In this document: positions 8,331 through 19,374 of the stretch, piece after piece
How the letters are laid out: each line of letters starts with the position of its first letter
Numbering within the stretch: position 1 is the stretch's first letter
Source: Parachlamydiales bacterium
GTDB lineage: Bacteria > Chlamydiota > Chlamydiia > Chlamydiales > SM23-39
Assembly: GCA_050302075.1 (NCBI GenBank)
Contig: JBNLAH010000003.1
Coordinates: 96,001 to 160,000, forward strand
DNA length: 64,000 nt
Reading direction: 5' to 3'
Position numbers and translations under genes: made by a program
The notes under the pieces: model-generated
The model's database searches: none
What the model saw: the letters and a program-made list of their open reading frames with translations, nothing else
Told to the model about the DNA's origin: nothing

Positions 8331-10265
8331 CTAGTCAGTTGATATTACTTTAATAGAAACAATTGTCAAATCATCTGGATAATCGACATTTTCTTTAAAT
8401 GAGTTGATTTCTCTCATAATCGAATCGATTACATCCTGAGCATTCCCTTGTGTTTCTTGGAGAATCTTGGCAAGAGAGCTCTCTTTAAAAAACTCACGTT
8501 TTTTATTTTGAACATCAATCACTCCATCTGTAAAAAGAGTAATTTGATCGTTTTTCTCTAATTTGACTTCATTAACATAGACCATCTCAACTTCTACAAC
8601 CCCGAGTGCCATTCCCTCTGTTTTTAAGGTAACTAGATTATCTTTTCGCTTTAAATATGGAGCGTTATGTCCCATGTTACAGTATTGTAATACATTTGTT
8701 TTGGGATCATAAATACCTAGCCATAAAGTGATGAATGTCCCTGTATCTTTTGTATCTTTCATAAATAACTCATTTGCCTTTTTGACAATCTCATGTAAGT
8801 TTTGTGTGACTGAGCAAAATGAGCGCAGCATGCTCCTGACACCTAAAGAATAAAGACAAGCAGATATCCCCTTCCCTGAAGTGTCAGCTATTGAGATTAC
8901 TAACTTCCCATCTTTAAGTAAGAATAAATCATAAAAATCTCCCCCTACTTCTTTTGCAGGAATAAAACCAGTAGCAATATCAAGCTCTTTCAATTCAGGA
9001 ATCTCTGAAGGGAGCATGCTCATCTGAATGTCATAGCCAATTTTTAGCTCATTTGCCAAAAGCTCTTTCGCTACACTTTCTTCTTTTGCCTTTTTTTCAT
9101 GAGCTATCACTGACTCGATCATGTAATTGAAATTAGCTCCCAAAGCATTTATCTCAAAACCCAGCTTATCAGGTTGATATCTGGCACTAAAATCTCCTCT
9201 GGCTACTTTTCCAATAGAGCTTTGTAAGTTGTTGTATGGCTTTGCAAAACGCTTAACTAATAAAAAAGAGCCAAGCCCCCCAATCACAAGAATAGTGCCA
9301 AGTAATGTCGCAATTTCAATTAAATACTCTCTTTGCTGCAAAGAAAAAAATCTATCCTCTGAAACATCAAGCATGACATTTATTTTTGTATTTTTAACAG
9401 GCGATAAAACAGCAAAGCTTTTTTCTTTGCCAATTAATTGATATGCATCATTTAAGCCGGGAATAACCTTTAGCTTATATTCATCGGCTATTATTTTTAA
9501 GTCCCCTAATTGCCCGCTTGTTTCTATTTCTTCAATTTGACCCTCATCTAAAGGTCTAACAGATCTCATAGCCAAGTCAGGATCAGAGCTTGCAAAAATA
9601 ATTCCATCTTTTGTCAACATCGACAAGTCAATTACATATGGCGAATCTTCAATTGCAGCTAACCTATAAGCCAAAACCGTGGCTGGAATTGTAGCGATAA
9701 GCATTCCAATTGGTTCATTATCATTTTCATAAATAGTCTTCCCCATAATAAATCTTTTCTCAGATATGAAAGGCAGCACTCCAAAAAATACAAAACTATC
9801 TTGATTTATTTGATTTGTGATAAATGGATATCCAGAAAATGACTTACCTAAAAGCTTAGAGTCAGATGCAGCTAAGCAGTTAAAGGTATCGTTTTCTTTT
9901 GCAATATAAAAAACTTCACCGGCTTCTAACTCAAGCGCTGCTAATTTGAAAAAATTATTCAACTCTGGACTTGCTTGATTTTGCTTAATAGGGGTGTAAA
10001 AAACCGGGTTTTTATTAGTAAGTTCTAGAAAATCCATCTGAGAAGAGATGATCTGGTTAATTAATGCAGACCTACTCTCAGCTAAAATATTTAAAGATAA
10101 AAAAAGATCTTTCTTTCGATTTGTATAGTCATGGCGATACATCCACATTAAGTGAACAATTAAGGGAACAATCAACAATACTAAACTTACAATTATTACT
10201 CTCAAAGCTAAAGTAAAACGAAAGTTTTTGCTTTGACTCTTCCCCTCTTTTTTTACAAATGCCAT
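8331..10265 (-). CDS. rsbU: RsbU-type sensor serine phosphatase (TM - periplasmic domain - TM - HAMP - PP2C/SpoIIE)
   Basis: Two TM helices, HAMP-like EINALGANFNYM, VGGDFYD, ADTSGKG, FTDGV and DDLT metal-binding motifs. Confidence 0.88.
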   Translation of the reverse strand: MAFVKKEGKSQSKNFRFTLALRVIIVSLVLLIVPLIVHLMWMYRHDYTNRKKDLFLSLNILAESRSALINQIISSQMDFLELTNKNPVFYTPIKQNQASPELNNFFKLAALELEAGEVFYIAKENDTFNCLAASDSKLLGKSFSGYPFITNQINQDSFVFFGVLPFISEKRFIMGKTIYENDNEPIGMLIATIPATVLAYRLAAIEDSPYVIDLSMLTKDGIIFASSDPDLAMRSVRPLDEGQIEEIETSGQLGDLKIIADEYKLKVIPGLNDAYQLIGKEKSFAVLSPVKNTKINVMLDVSEDRFFSLQQREYLIEIATLLGTILVIGGLGSFLLVKRFAKPYNNLQSSIGKVARGDFSARYQPDKLGFEINALGANFNYMIESVIAHEKKAKEESVAKELLANELKIGYDIQMSMLPSEIPELKELDIATGFIPAKEVGGDFYDLFLLKDGKLVISIADTSGKGISACLYSLGVRSMLRSFCSVTQNLHEIVKKANELFMKDTKDTGTFITLWLGIYDPKTNVLQYCNMGHNAPYLKRKDNLVTLKTEGMALGVVEVEMVYVNEVKLEKNDQITLFTDGVIDVQNKKREFFKESSLAKILQETQGNAQDVIDSIMREINSFKENVDYPDDLTIVSIKVISTD

Positions 10266-10294
10266 AATAATAATAAAAACCCATCAGTATTTGC

Positions 10295-11035
10295 ATGCTA
10301 CCAAAAGAGATTAAGAGTCTGCAACACCCATTTGTAAAGAAAATTGTAAAACTAAGAAAAGAAAAAGATTTTAGAAAAAATGAAAGGCTTGTTTTTGTTA
10401 TGGGGAAAAAGGTCGTGTTGGAAATCTCTAAGCGAATTACTCCAACCACCTTATTAATAACAAACTCCAAAATTACTCTAGACATCGCTGCTGAAAAAGT
10501 TCTTATTACAAAACAAATTATGAATAAACTTGCAGGCATTGACACAACTGAAGAAATTGCAGCCCTTTTTCCAATGCCCACCGAAAAGCCCCTTTCTAAT
10601 GAAAAATCTATTTTAGTGGTTGATAAAGTGTCTGACCCTGGAAATTTAGGAACTTTGTTCAGATCTGCACTCGCATTAAATTTTAATGCAATAGTCTTAA
10701 TGCATGGCACTGTAGACCCATTCAATGATAAAGCTATTAGAGCTTCTAAAGGTGCATGCTTTTTGCTTCCTTTTTGCTATGAAACTGAAAGTTCACTTTA
10801 TAAGTTAATGAAAGAAAAAAATATAACCGGATACCTTGCTGATATGAATGGAGCAGATATAAAAAAAGTTAAGTTCAAAACCCCTTGTGCACTTATACTT
10901 AGCAATGAAGCAAAAGGAAAACAAGAATGGCCAGAAGATTTTATAACCATAGCTATTCCGATGAATAAAGATGTTGAGTCTTTAAATGTTGCAACTAGTG
11001 GTTCAATTTTAATGTATGTAATGAAAAATGCCTAA
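10295..11035 (+). CDS. TrmH/SpoU family RNA 2'-O-methyltransferase
   Basis: DPGNLGTLFRSA, RAS.GA, SNEAKG and IPM...VESLNVATSGSI SPOUT motifs. Confidence 0.9.
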   Translation: MLPKEIKSLQHPFVKKIVKLRKEKDFRKNERLVFVMGKKVVLEISKRITPTTLLITNSKITLDIAAEKVLITKQIMNKLAGIDTTEEIAALFPMPTEKPLSNEKSILVVDKVSDPGNLGTLFRSALALNFNAIVLMHGTVDPFNDKAIRASKGACFLLPFCYETESSLYKLMKEKNITGYLADMNGADIKKVKFKTPCALILSNEAKGKQEWPEDFITIAIPMNKDVESLNVATSGSILMYVMKNA

Positions 11036-12098
11036 GTTTGACCCAGAATTTTTTGAAGAAGAGTTTCATAAAGGACATCGTAAAGAAGAGAGAGCTGAAA
11101 GAAAGATTCTATCTGAAAAAGATCGTTCTAAATTCAAAAAAAGTGCACAAGATAAAAAACTTTCTGAAGCTACCTATTCAACACTTCCACTTGGAATAGT
11201 TCTATCAATTACTGGAGAAAAAATAATTGTCGACGTTGACGGCAAAGAATATTTCAGCTCACTAAAAGGATCATTAAAAAAAGAAAAAGGCATTTATAAA
11301 AATCTAATTACTGTTGGAGACTTTGTCAGATTAAATATTGAAAATGAAGAAGGACAAATATTTTATGTTGAAAAAAGAACTTCAGAACTTACTAGAGTCG
11401 ATAAAACAGGAAGGAAAAAGCAATTAATCGCTGCCAATATCGAGCAGGCATTTATAACAATGTCAGTTGTAGTCCCTCCATTTAAGCCAAACTTAGTAGA
11501 TCGCTTTTTGATCTCTGCAAAAAAAGGAAATATTCATCCAATTGTAGTTATCAATAAACACGACTTGTTAGAAGAAAACAATAGTTCTGATGACGAAAAA
11601 GCCCTCCTTAATAAATTTTTAGAAGACTATTCAAAACTTGGCTATCTTATTGTTTACGTCAGTTGTAAAACAATGATTGGAATAGACACTATAAAAGAGC
11701 TAATGATAGACAAGTCATCTGTTTTCGTCGGGCAATCGGGCGTTGGTAAGTCATCTCTTATAAATAAAACAACTGAATATAACTTAAAAGTTGGAACTGT
11801 GGTTCATAAAACTTATAAAGGTGCCCATACAACGACAAGAGCTCAGCTATTACCTTTAAAAAAAGGTGGATTTTGTATAGACACACCTGGTATTAAAAGC
11901 TTTGGACTTTGGGATCTTAAAAAAGAAGATGTTGTTGATCATTTTCATGAGATTAAAGAAGTTGGTAATTATTGTTATTATCCAAACTGCACTCATATCG
12001 ATGAACCTAATTGCGCAGTCAAAGAGGCCTGCGGAGAAGATAAAATCTCTTCCTTACGTTTTGAGTCCTATATTAGTTTAATGAAAGAAATTTTATGA
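11028..12098 (+). CDS. rsgA: Ribosome small subunit-dependent GTPase A
   Basis: Circularly permuted GTPase: NKHD, GQSGVGKSS, G.HTTT, DTPG; C-terminal C....C.H..EP.C zinc finger. Confidence 0.93.
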   Translation: MPKFDPEFFEEEFHKGHRKEERAERKILSEKDRSKFKKSAQDKKLSEATYSTLPLGIVLSITGEKIIVDVDGKEYFSSLKGSLKKEKGIYKNLITVGDFVRLNIENEEGQIFYVEKRTSELTRVDKTGRKKQLIAANIEQAFITMSVVVPPFKPNLVDRFLISAKKGNIHPIVVINKHDLLEENNSSDDEKALLNKFLEDYSKLGYLIVYVSCKTMIGIDTIKELMIDKSSVFVGQSGVGKSSLINKTTEYNLKVGTVVHKTYKGAHTTTRAQLLPLKKGGFCIDTPGIKSFGLWDLKKEDVVDHFHEIKEVGNYCYYPNCTHIDEPNCAVKEACGEDKISSLRFESYISLMKEIL

Positions 12099-12103
12099 GA
12101 TAG

Positions 12104-13372
<1,269 letters not shown>

Positions 13373-13423
13373 TACTTGAAATAAACGCCTTTGTTTTTTA
13401 TTTGAGAAAAAAAAGGCATTTAT

Positions 13424-13813
13424 ATGAAATATAAAATGGCATTATTTGGAGAGGCTGAAAGAGGTCAGTTTAAAACACCTTATAAATGTTGTAGCCTAGA
13501 CCAGTTAGTCGACTATTTAGGCGCCCCTCTCCCTAATACTCATGGGATTGAATTTGCTGTCCAAGCGCTTTTATTCAAGTATGAGTTGATATTTTTTAGA
13601 GTAAAACAAGAAGGCTATAGTACTGACGACTATCTATACGGAATCAAGTATTTAGAAAAAAACTATACAGAAACCACCCTCGACGCAATAGGATTGCCAG
13701 GTGTTGGAGATTATGAGATCCTCGATGCCACAATAAACATAATAAATCGATTTAAAACACTCTTAATCATATCCGAAAAAGATTTATATGATTATGTGAC
13801 ATCAAGATATTAA
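13424..13813 (+). CDS. Conserved hypothetical protein (possible tail-sheath-like fold, see findings)
   Basis: 129-aa ORF filling the gap between eno and ahpC with a plausible start. Confidence 0.75.
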   Translation: MKYKMALFGEAERGQFKTPYKCCSLDQLVDYLGAPLPNTHGIEFAVQALLFKYELIFFRVKQEGYSTDDYLYGIKYLEKNYTETTLDAIGLPGVGDYEILDATINIINRFKTLLIISEKDLYDYVTSRY

Positions 13814-13817
13814 AGAA

Positions 13818-14393
13818 TTAACTAAAATATTCAGCTAATCCTTCTTGAGTCGGCTTCATAGATTTTTTACCTTCTTGCCAGTTTGCTGGGCATACTTCAC
13901 CATTTTTTTCATGGAAAATAAGCGCATCTAAGGTCCTAATGGCTTCTTCAACAGATCTGCCAATTGGAAGATCATTGACTAACTGATGGCGGACTACACC
14001 TTCTTTATCTATTAGGAAAAGTCCTCTATAAGCAACTCCATCCTCATTTAATACTTCATAATCTTTAGCTATATTCTTATTAATATCAGAGATAACTGGA
14101 TAAGTAACTCCTTGAATGCCACCCTTGTTCTTTGGAGTGGTAAGCCATGCAAAATGAGAGAACCAACTATCTATTGAGCATGCCATAACAGCAGCGCCTC
14201 TTTGTTCGAATTCATTTAATTTCTCTTGGAATGCATGTAATTCTGTAGGACAGACAAATGTAAAATCTAGTGGGTAAAAGAAAAGTACTATGTATTTTCC
14301 TGAATAATTGTTTATATCGAAGTTTTCCTCGATTTTTCCATTTACAACTGCTTTTGCAGCAATGTGTGGGGCTTTTTTTCCAACTAATGTCAT
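13818..14393 (-). CDS. ahpC: 2-Cys peroxiredoxin (AhpC/TSA)
   Basis: FYPLDFTFVCPTE and EVCPANW motifs. Confidence 0.96.
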   Translation of the reverse strand: MTLVGKKAPHIAAKAVVNGKIEENFDINNYSGKYIVLFFYPLDFTFVCPTELHAFQEKLNEFEQRGAAVMACSIDSWFSHFAWLTTPKNKGGIQGVTYPVISDINKNIAKDYEVLNEDGVAYRGLFLIDKEGVVRHQLVNDLPIGRSVEEAIRTLDALIFHEKNGEVCPANWQEGKKSMKPTQEGLAEYFS

Positions 14394-14408
14394 TTTTTAC
14401 TCCTAATT

Positions 14409-15041
14409 TTAAGAAAAAATTTGGTCTAGATGATTCAACCAACCTTCCTCTTTAATACTTGTTGTTTCACCATGGCCTGGTATTACTTTAGTATCCGAAG
14501 GCAATTTTGATAGTTTTTTTAAAGATTGCAACATATCACTTTGGTTCGCTGTCGGTAAAGATAAACTTCCCATTGAATTATGAAAAAGCGTATCGCCTGA
14601 AATTAAAATCTTATGCTCTTTTTCATAAAAGCTGACTCCTCCAGGTGAATGGCCCGGAGTATGTATAACCTCAAAACAAAGACTTCCTATCTGTATCTTT
14701 TCACCATCTCTCAAAAAACCATCTACCTTTGCTCCTTCTACTGGCTGTAATAGCGGAACATTATCAATCCCGGGGTTTCTAACATTTTCAGCATCTAACT
14801 CATGAACATATAGTGGGATATCATATTTTTTTTGCAAAAGATTGCAATTTGCAACATGATCCCAATGAGAGTGGGTGAGCAAGATCATGACTGGCTTTAA
14901 GCCGTGACTATTTAAAAAATTATTAATTAAATCGAAACTATCAAAAGCCGGGTCAAAAATTGCAGCTTTTCTTGTCTCTTCGCAGCCAACTACAATTACA
15001 TTGTTTTGTAGCGGCCCTGATGTAAAAACCTCAAGGATCAT
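14409..15041 (-). CDS. Metallo-beta-lactamase fold hydrolase (glyoxalase II/YcbL-like)
   Basis: THSHWDH, HTPGHSPG, SGDTLF, PGHG. Start moved to the ATG at 15041 because the track start at 15065 lies inside the tRNA. Confidence 0.9.
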   Translation of the reverse strand: MILEVFTSGPLQNNVIVVGCEETRKAAIFDPAFDSFDLINNFLNSHGLKPVMILLTHSHWDHVANCNLLQKKYDIPLYVHELDAENVRNPGIDNVPLLQPVEGAKVDGFLRDGEKIQIGSLCFEVIHTPGHSPGGVSFYEKEHKILISGDTLFHNSMGSLSLPTANQSDMLQSLKKLSKLPSDTKVIPGHGETTSIKEEGWLNHLDQIFS

Positions 15042-15060
15042 AATAACTAAAGTTTGATTT

Positions 15061-15134
15061 TGCACCGGAGAGGACTCGAACCTCTAACCTCCTGGTCCGT
15101 AGCCAGGTACTCTATCCAATTGAGCTACCGGTGC
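15061..15134 (-). tRNA. tRNA-Arg(ACG); CCA not encoded
   Basis: Reverse complement GCACCGGTAGCTCAATTGGATAGAGTACCTGGCTACGGACCAGGAGGTTAGAGGTTCGAGTCCTCTCCGGTGCA folds as a cloverleaf; anticodon stem CCTGG/CCAGG, loop CT-ACG-GA, TTCGA T-loop. Confidence 0.97.
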
Positions 15135-15169
15135 GAATAGAGTGTCTTATCATCTATTAAGGGTTGAAT

Positions 15170-16093
15170 TTAATCAAGTTTTTTAAGCGGTGGCATTAAA
15201 GGAAAAAAAGAATATATGCCTTTCCCCAAAATCTTGTTTATTTCCCTTTTAGATATTTTTTGGACGTTTTCAAAATGTTCATTGTCACTGGTTTGAGGCA
15301 CTAAAGACAAATCAACCTCAAAAATAGGATCTACCACCTCAAAGTCATACCCATGTACAAAGTCTGTTCCACTAAATTCTTTTGAAAATTCTTCTTCGAC
15401 CAACTTCGTCCAGTCTCTTTCATTACGATGTCCCCAGGCTGTTACTTTCTTAAGCATCTCCCCTTTTGTCCTAACCCAGCTATAATGATGAATAAAAGGA
15501 TCTTTATTAATACCCTTGGCCATGGATATCTTCTTACCTTTTGCATTGCAAAATGCTGCAAAACGATCTCCTTCTTGTAAAAGGGCTTTTCTAGAAAGGG
15601 CTTCCTTCCTCGCAAGCACACAAGAGTCTTCTAATGATTTTGCGCGGTATTTGGCCTCTCTAAAATACCAATAATTTGCGATCTTAATCGCAGAGTATTC
15701 TCTATAATTAAAATTGTCTAAAAAAAGCAGAAATTGATTAGAGTCAACTATTTCATCTGCATCCAAAAAAAGCACATATTCAACCTCTTTAGAAAGATAT
15801 GACCACCCAAGCAACCTCGAAAAAGTACAAAAAAAGTTGTCACCCAGCCTCTTCAGAACTTTAGTCGGGACATCCGGCAAAAAATAAGGGTAATATAGAA
15901 ATTTACAGTTTGGGAACTGACTGAACGTGTAATTTAGCTCTTCTTTTTTCTCTACTGTAGCATCAAAGAAATGATCACATACAGTAATCAATATCTGATG
16001 AGAAAACTTTTCGGCCTCTCGTATACAGCTCTCTAGAAAACGAAATTCGTTTGAGCAATAATTTATAATAGTCGCGATCGAATGATTCATCAC
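15170..16093 (-). CDS. Putative GT-A fold (GT2-like) glycosyltransferase
   Basis: YVLFLDADE (DxD) motif; IHHYSW C-terminal motif. Confidence 0.65.
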   Translation of the reverse strand: MMNHSIATIINYCSNEFRFLESCIREAEKFSHQILITVCDHFFDATVEKKEELNYTFSQFPNCKFLYYPYFLPDVPTKVLKRLGDNFFCTFSRLLGWSYLSKEVEYVLFLDADEIVDSNQFLLFLDNFNYREYSAIKIANYWYFREAKYRAKSLEDSCVLARKEALSRKALLQEGDRFAAFCNAKGKKISMAKGINKDPFIHHYSWVRTKGEMLKKVTAWGHRNERDWTKLVEEEFSKEFSGTDFVHGYDFEVVDPIFEVDLSLVPQTSDNEHFENVQKISKREINKILGKGIYSFFPLMPPLKKLD

Positions 16094-16296
16094 ATGAATT
16101 GATAGCTTCTAAGTCCGTTTTTTTCAAGAACTAACTGCAAGTTAATAATAATTATTTTTTTATTAAAATCTCTTTAAATCCTTAATTTTCTATGAATTTG
16201 TGATCAAATTAAGACGTCACTACAAAAATAATTATTTGATAAGAAATGTAATTTCTAATAGTAATTAATTAAATGGATGCGGGGGGTTTAAAGGGT

Positions 16297-18516
16297 ATGC
16301 TACTCAAAAGATGTATTTTTGTAATTTTTTTACTTACATTTTTTCAAAATCCTGTTTTTTCAAACAGTAGCGAAGAAATAGTTTTCTATGAGCAACTCTT
16401 AGATTCTTATGAATCCAATAATATGAAAAAATTCTATTCTCTATTGAGCAAATTTGAAAAAATCTATCCTGATAGCAAATATAAAGAAGCGTTATTTACG
16501 CTAGCTGCTAAAAACCTTTATGAGAGTAAGCAGTATGCAAATGCATTATTTTTTATCGAGCAATTAGACAATCCCTCAAGGCTAAAATCATACCAATCTG
16601 AATGCTATTTACGTTTAAAAAATTACAATAAAGTAATTAGTCTATATAGAAATGCTGCCCCTAAAGACTTGATCTCCAAGCAAATTCTCGCAAGCGCTTT
16701 CATTGGGATTGCCAACGATAAAACTGAAAATCCGCAGAAAAGGGCTGAAGCTGCTAGCTACGCCATTGAAGTTCTAGAATCTCAAAGACTTGAGTCCATG
16801 CCAGAAGATACTCTGCTTGCTTTATCTAAACTGCACTTTAGATCAAACCAGTTCCAAAAAAGCGCTGAGATATTACAGCACCTAATAAACAGTTCAGCCT
16901 CTAATAAAGAAGAATTATTGATTCATTTATCCTTAGTTCAAAAAAAATATAACTATGCATTGGCAGTCAAAACACTCGATGAGGCCCTAAAGATAAACGG
17001 CGATCTTAAAGATGTCGCAGCCTATCATAAAATGATGGTTCTTTTTGAGAATAAGCAATATAAAGCTCTAATTTCTTCTAGAGACTCGCTAAAAAGCCAT
17101 TTAGGCCAAGAAAACTTACCTTTACTTAACTATTATTTAGGAGTTGCTTTCCTTTCTAATAATGAATATTCAGAAGCTGAAAAAGAATTTAAAAGTTATC
17201 TAGAAAATCCTGCTGACTATGAAAACCTTAAACTGTTTGCCATTGAAACCCTCAAAACAATTATCGATAGGAAAAGAGAATCTCTACCAAATAACACGCT
17301 CTTTGAATTAGCTAATCTATATTTTCAATCAAATCAATATGAAAAAGGAGCTAGGGTATTAAAAGAAGTCTTTGAAAGTAACCCATCTAATAAAGAAGCC
17401 GTTTTACTCCAATTATCACTAGCTCAAAAGAACTTTAGCCCTAATTCAGCACTTAAAGAATTAGAAGAAGTCATTAAATTTGACAATGTCAATAAACAAA
17501 CTGCAGCTTACAGAAAAATGTTAGCTCTTTTCCAAAGTAGAAAATATAGCAACTTAATTTCATATAAAGAAAGATTGCAAGAAAACCTAAATCCAAATGA
17601 CCTACCTTTACTTCATTATTTTCTTGGAATTGCTTTCCTTAAAAACAATGAATATATGGAGTCGGAAAAAGCATTTAACATTTACCTATCAGATACAAAA
17701 GAGCACGAGGATCTTAAATTAGATGCTTTGAATTACTTAAGAAAAATTGCTAAGAAGAAAAATGACATTACGTTATTAAATAATGTAGAAGCATCAATTT
17801 TAAGTTTAGCAAGTGAACGGCAAACTAATTTGATAAAGAACACTGCTTTTAAAAATAATAACAAAATTGATCTCTCTACAGCTTTAGCCTTAAAAAGAAA
17901 AAAGAAATTTAATGAAGCTGAAAAAATCTTAAAAACACTTTTAAAATCTGAGAAAACTCAAGAAAAAAGCTCTATTCATTTTGAATTGGCACACATCTAT
18001 TACTTGGATGCTAAATACCTCAAAGCCAAAAACTTGTTCATGTCATTTATTAAAAGAAATCCAAATAGCGCTTTAGTTCCACTTGCATGGAACCACTACA
18101 TTGAATCCTCAATTGAACTTGCACAAAACTCTGACAATAAATATGCAAAAGCCCAGCTTATGCATGACACAAGAATATGCTTAAAGAATAATAAATATCT
18201 AAGCCAGCTTGAGCGAGTAGAACTTATGTTCTTGCTAGCCAAAACACAATACGAATTGTCCTCATTTGAAGAAGCTATTGAGACAATAAACACTTTGATT
18301 AAGAGTAAAAGGATTGAAAGTGATGTATTAGCAAAGTGCTACCTAATATTAGGATATTCGTATAAAAATGGATTAGGTGATAATGAATCTTTTATCCTCT
18401 ACATTAAAAAGGCAACAAAAGTAGACCCTAGTCTACTTTCAAATAAAAAAATCCAAGCAGTACTTGAAGGCTTTTCTAAAGATAAGATAAAAGATATTCA
18501 AGTACTTGCAAATTAA
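16297..18516 (+). CDS. Exported tetratricopeptide-repeat protein with a ~162-aa internal duplication
   Basis: Signal-peptide-like MLLKRCIFVIFLLTFFQNPVFS (start could be 16273); repeated TPR-like helices (YYLGVAF...EY.EAEK.F). Confidence 0.8.
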   Translation: MLLKRCIFVIFLLTFFQNPVFSNSSEEIVFYEQLLDSYESNNMKKFYSLLSKFEKIYPDSKYKEALFTLAAKNLYESKQYANALFFIEQLDNPSRLKSYQSECYLRLKNYNKVISLYRNAAPKDLISKQILASAFIGIANDKTENPQKRAEAASYAIEVLESQRLESMPEDTLLALSKLHFRSNQFQKSAEILQHLINSSASNKEELLIHLSLVQKKYNYALAVKTLDEALKINGDLKDVAAYHKMMVLFENKQYKALISSRDSLKSHLGQENLPLLNYYLGVAFLSNNEYSEAEKEFKSYLENPADYENLKLFAIETLKTIIDRKRESLPNNTLFELANLYFQSNQYEKGARVLKEVFESNPSNKEAVLLQLSLAQKNFSPNSALKELEEVIKFDNVNKQTAAYRKMLALFQSRKYSNLISYKERLQENLNPNDLPLLHYFLGIAFLKNNEYMESEKAFNIYLSDTKEHEDLKLDALNYLRKIAKKKNDITLLNNVEASILSLASERQTNLIKNTAFKNNNKIDLSTALALKRKKKFNEAEKILKTLLKSEKTQEKSSIHFELAHIYYLDAKYLKAKNLFMSFIKRNPNSALVPLAWNHYIESSIELAQNSDNKYAKAQLMHDTRICLKNNKYLSQLERVELMFLLAKTQYELSSFEEAIETINTLIKSKRIESDVLAKCYLILGYSYKNGLGDNESFILYIKKATKVDPSLLSNKKIQAVLEGFSKDKIKDIQVLAN

Positions 18517-18911
18517 CAACTAATGTTTCTCTGACTTTTTTCAGTTATAAAAAATTAAAAATTATTTTTTTTATTTGAAAATAATTTTAATAAATCATAA
18601 GCTGCTTTCACTTAATAAAAATTTTAATAAGAGCGTGTAAAATGTTTATAAGTTCGATAAAACCAACAACACAAAACACCTTCCAAGAAGTAGAACAGAT
18701 ATCTTTTAGAAAAGTATTAAAAATAACAGCTTTAGCAACATTAACGATGTGGACAATAGATCCATTTGCGATTAGCTATAGAATGCGTGAATGCCTATTA
18801 TTAACATTTACAATTGGTGCTATTGACCAGCTTATGGAAAGTAAAAAAGCTAAAGAGTGCCATTCACATAGTTGTCCAAGCACAAATATATCTGATACTC
18901 ATCCTATAGAG
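18455..18911 (+). repeat. Diverged tandem duplication, copy 1 (end of TPR gene, intergenic region, N-terminal leader)
   Basis: Shares blocks such as TACTTGAA..CTTTTCTAAA, ATTTGAAAATAATT, CACTTAATAAAAATTTTAATAAGAGCG, ATGTTTATAAGT and TTAAAAATAACAGCTTT with 19375-19746. Confidence 0.85.
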
Positions 18912-19139
18912 GCAGCATCGGAAATTTATTTAAGAGCTTTTATCCCTCAAACTAGAAAAAATGAAATTCAAGAGGCTAATACAGAACAAATTTTTCAACA
19001 GTTAAGTTTTTTCCAAACTCCAAAAGAAAAAACAGGAACAACTACAAAAATTATAGCTCTAGCCACAATTTTGATTGCGATTAACAGTTTTTGCAGCTCA
19101 AATAATTTTATACGCTACTTGTCTAGAATTCCGTTGTAG
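18642..19139 (+). CDS. Hypothetical membrane protein, possibly truncated; N-terminus paralogous to 19543-21321
   Basis: MFIS.IK...Q.TFQ.V.Q....KVLKITALAT shared with the next gene; hydrophobic ORF fragments continue after the stop. Confidence 0.55.
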   Translation: MFISSIKPTTQNTFQEVEQISFRKVLKITALATLTMWTIDPFAISYRMRECLLLTFTIGAIDQLMESKKAKECHSHSCPSTNISDTHPIEAASEIYLRAFIPQTRKNEIQEANTEQIFQQLSFFQTPKEKTGTTTKIIALATILIAINSFCSSNNFIRYLSRIPL

Positions 19140-19374
19140 TAATAGCGGTCTTTATTAATGGTACTAAGCTTTCTAGAGAATTAACTGGCAATTTTAATTT
19201 TTGAAGTTGCTTATCTGAGCTATCATAGGCTGGCTTGTACTCCTAATATAAATTCTTACCAAACTTCAAAGGACAAATAGAAAGCTATGGCAATAGCTAT
19301 AATAGCTGTCTATGTAATAGTCTCCATTTACTACCACATCTTAAATGAGTTTATTAGTTCACTAATGCTTAAAT

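Noticed and set aside
15030..15170. tRNA as a prophage or island attachment site
   Set aside because: No integrase and no duplicated tRNA 3' end seen in the window.
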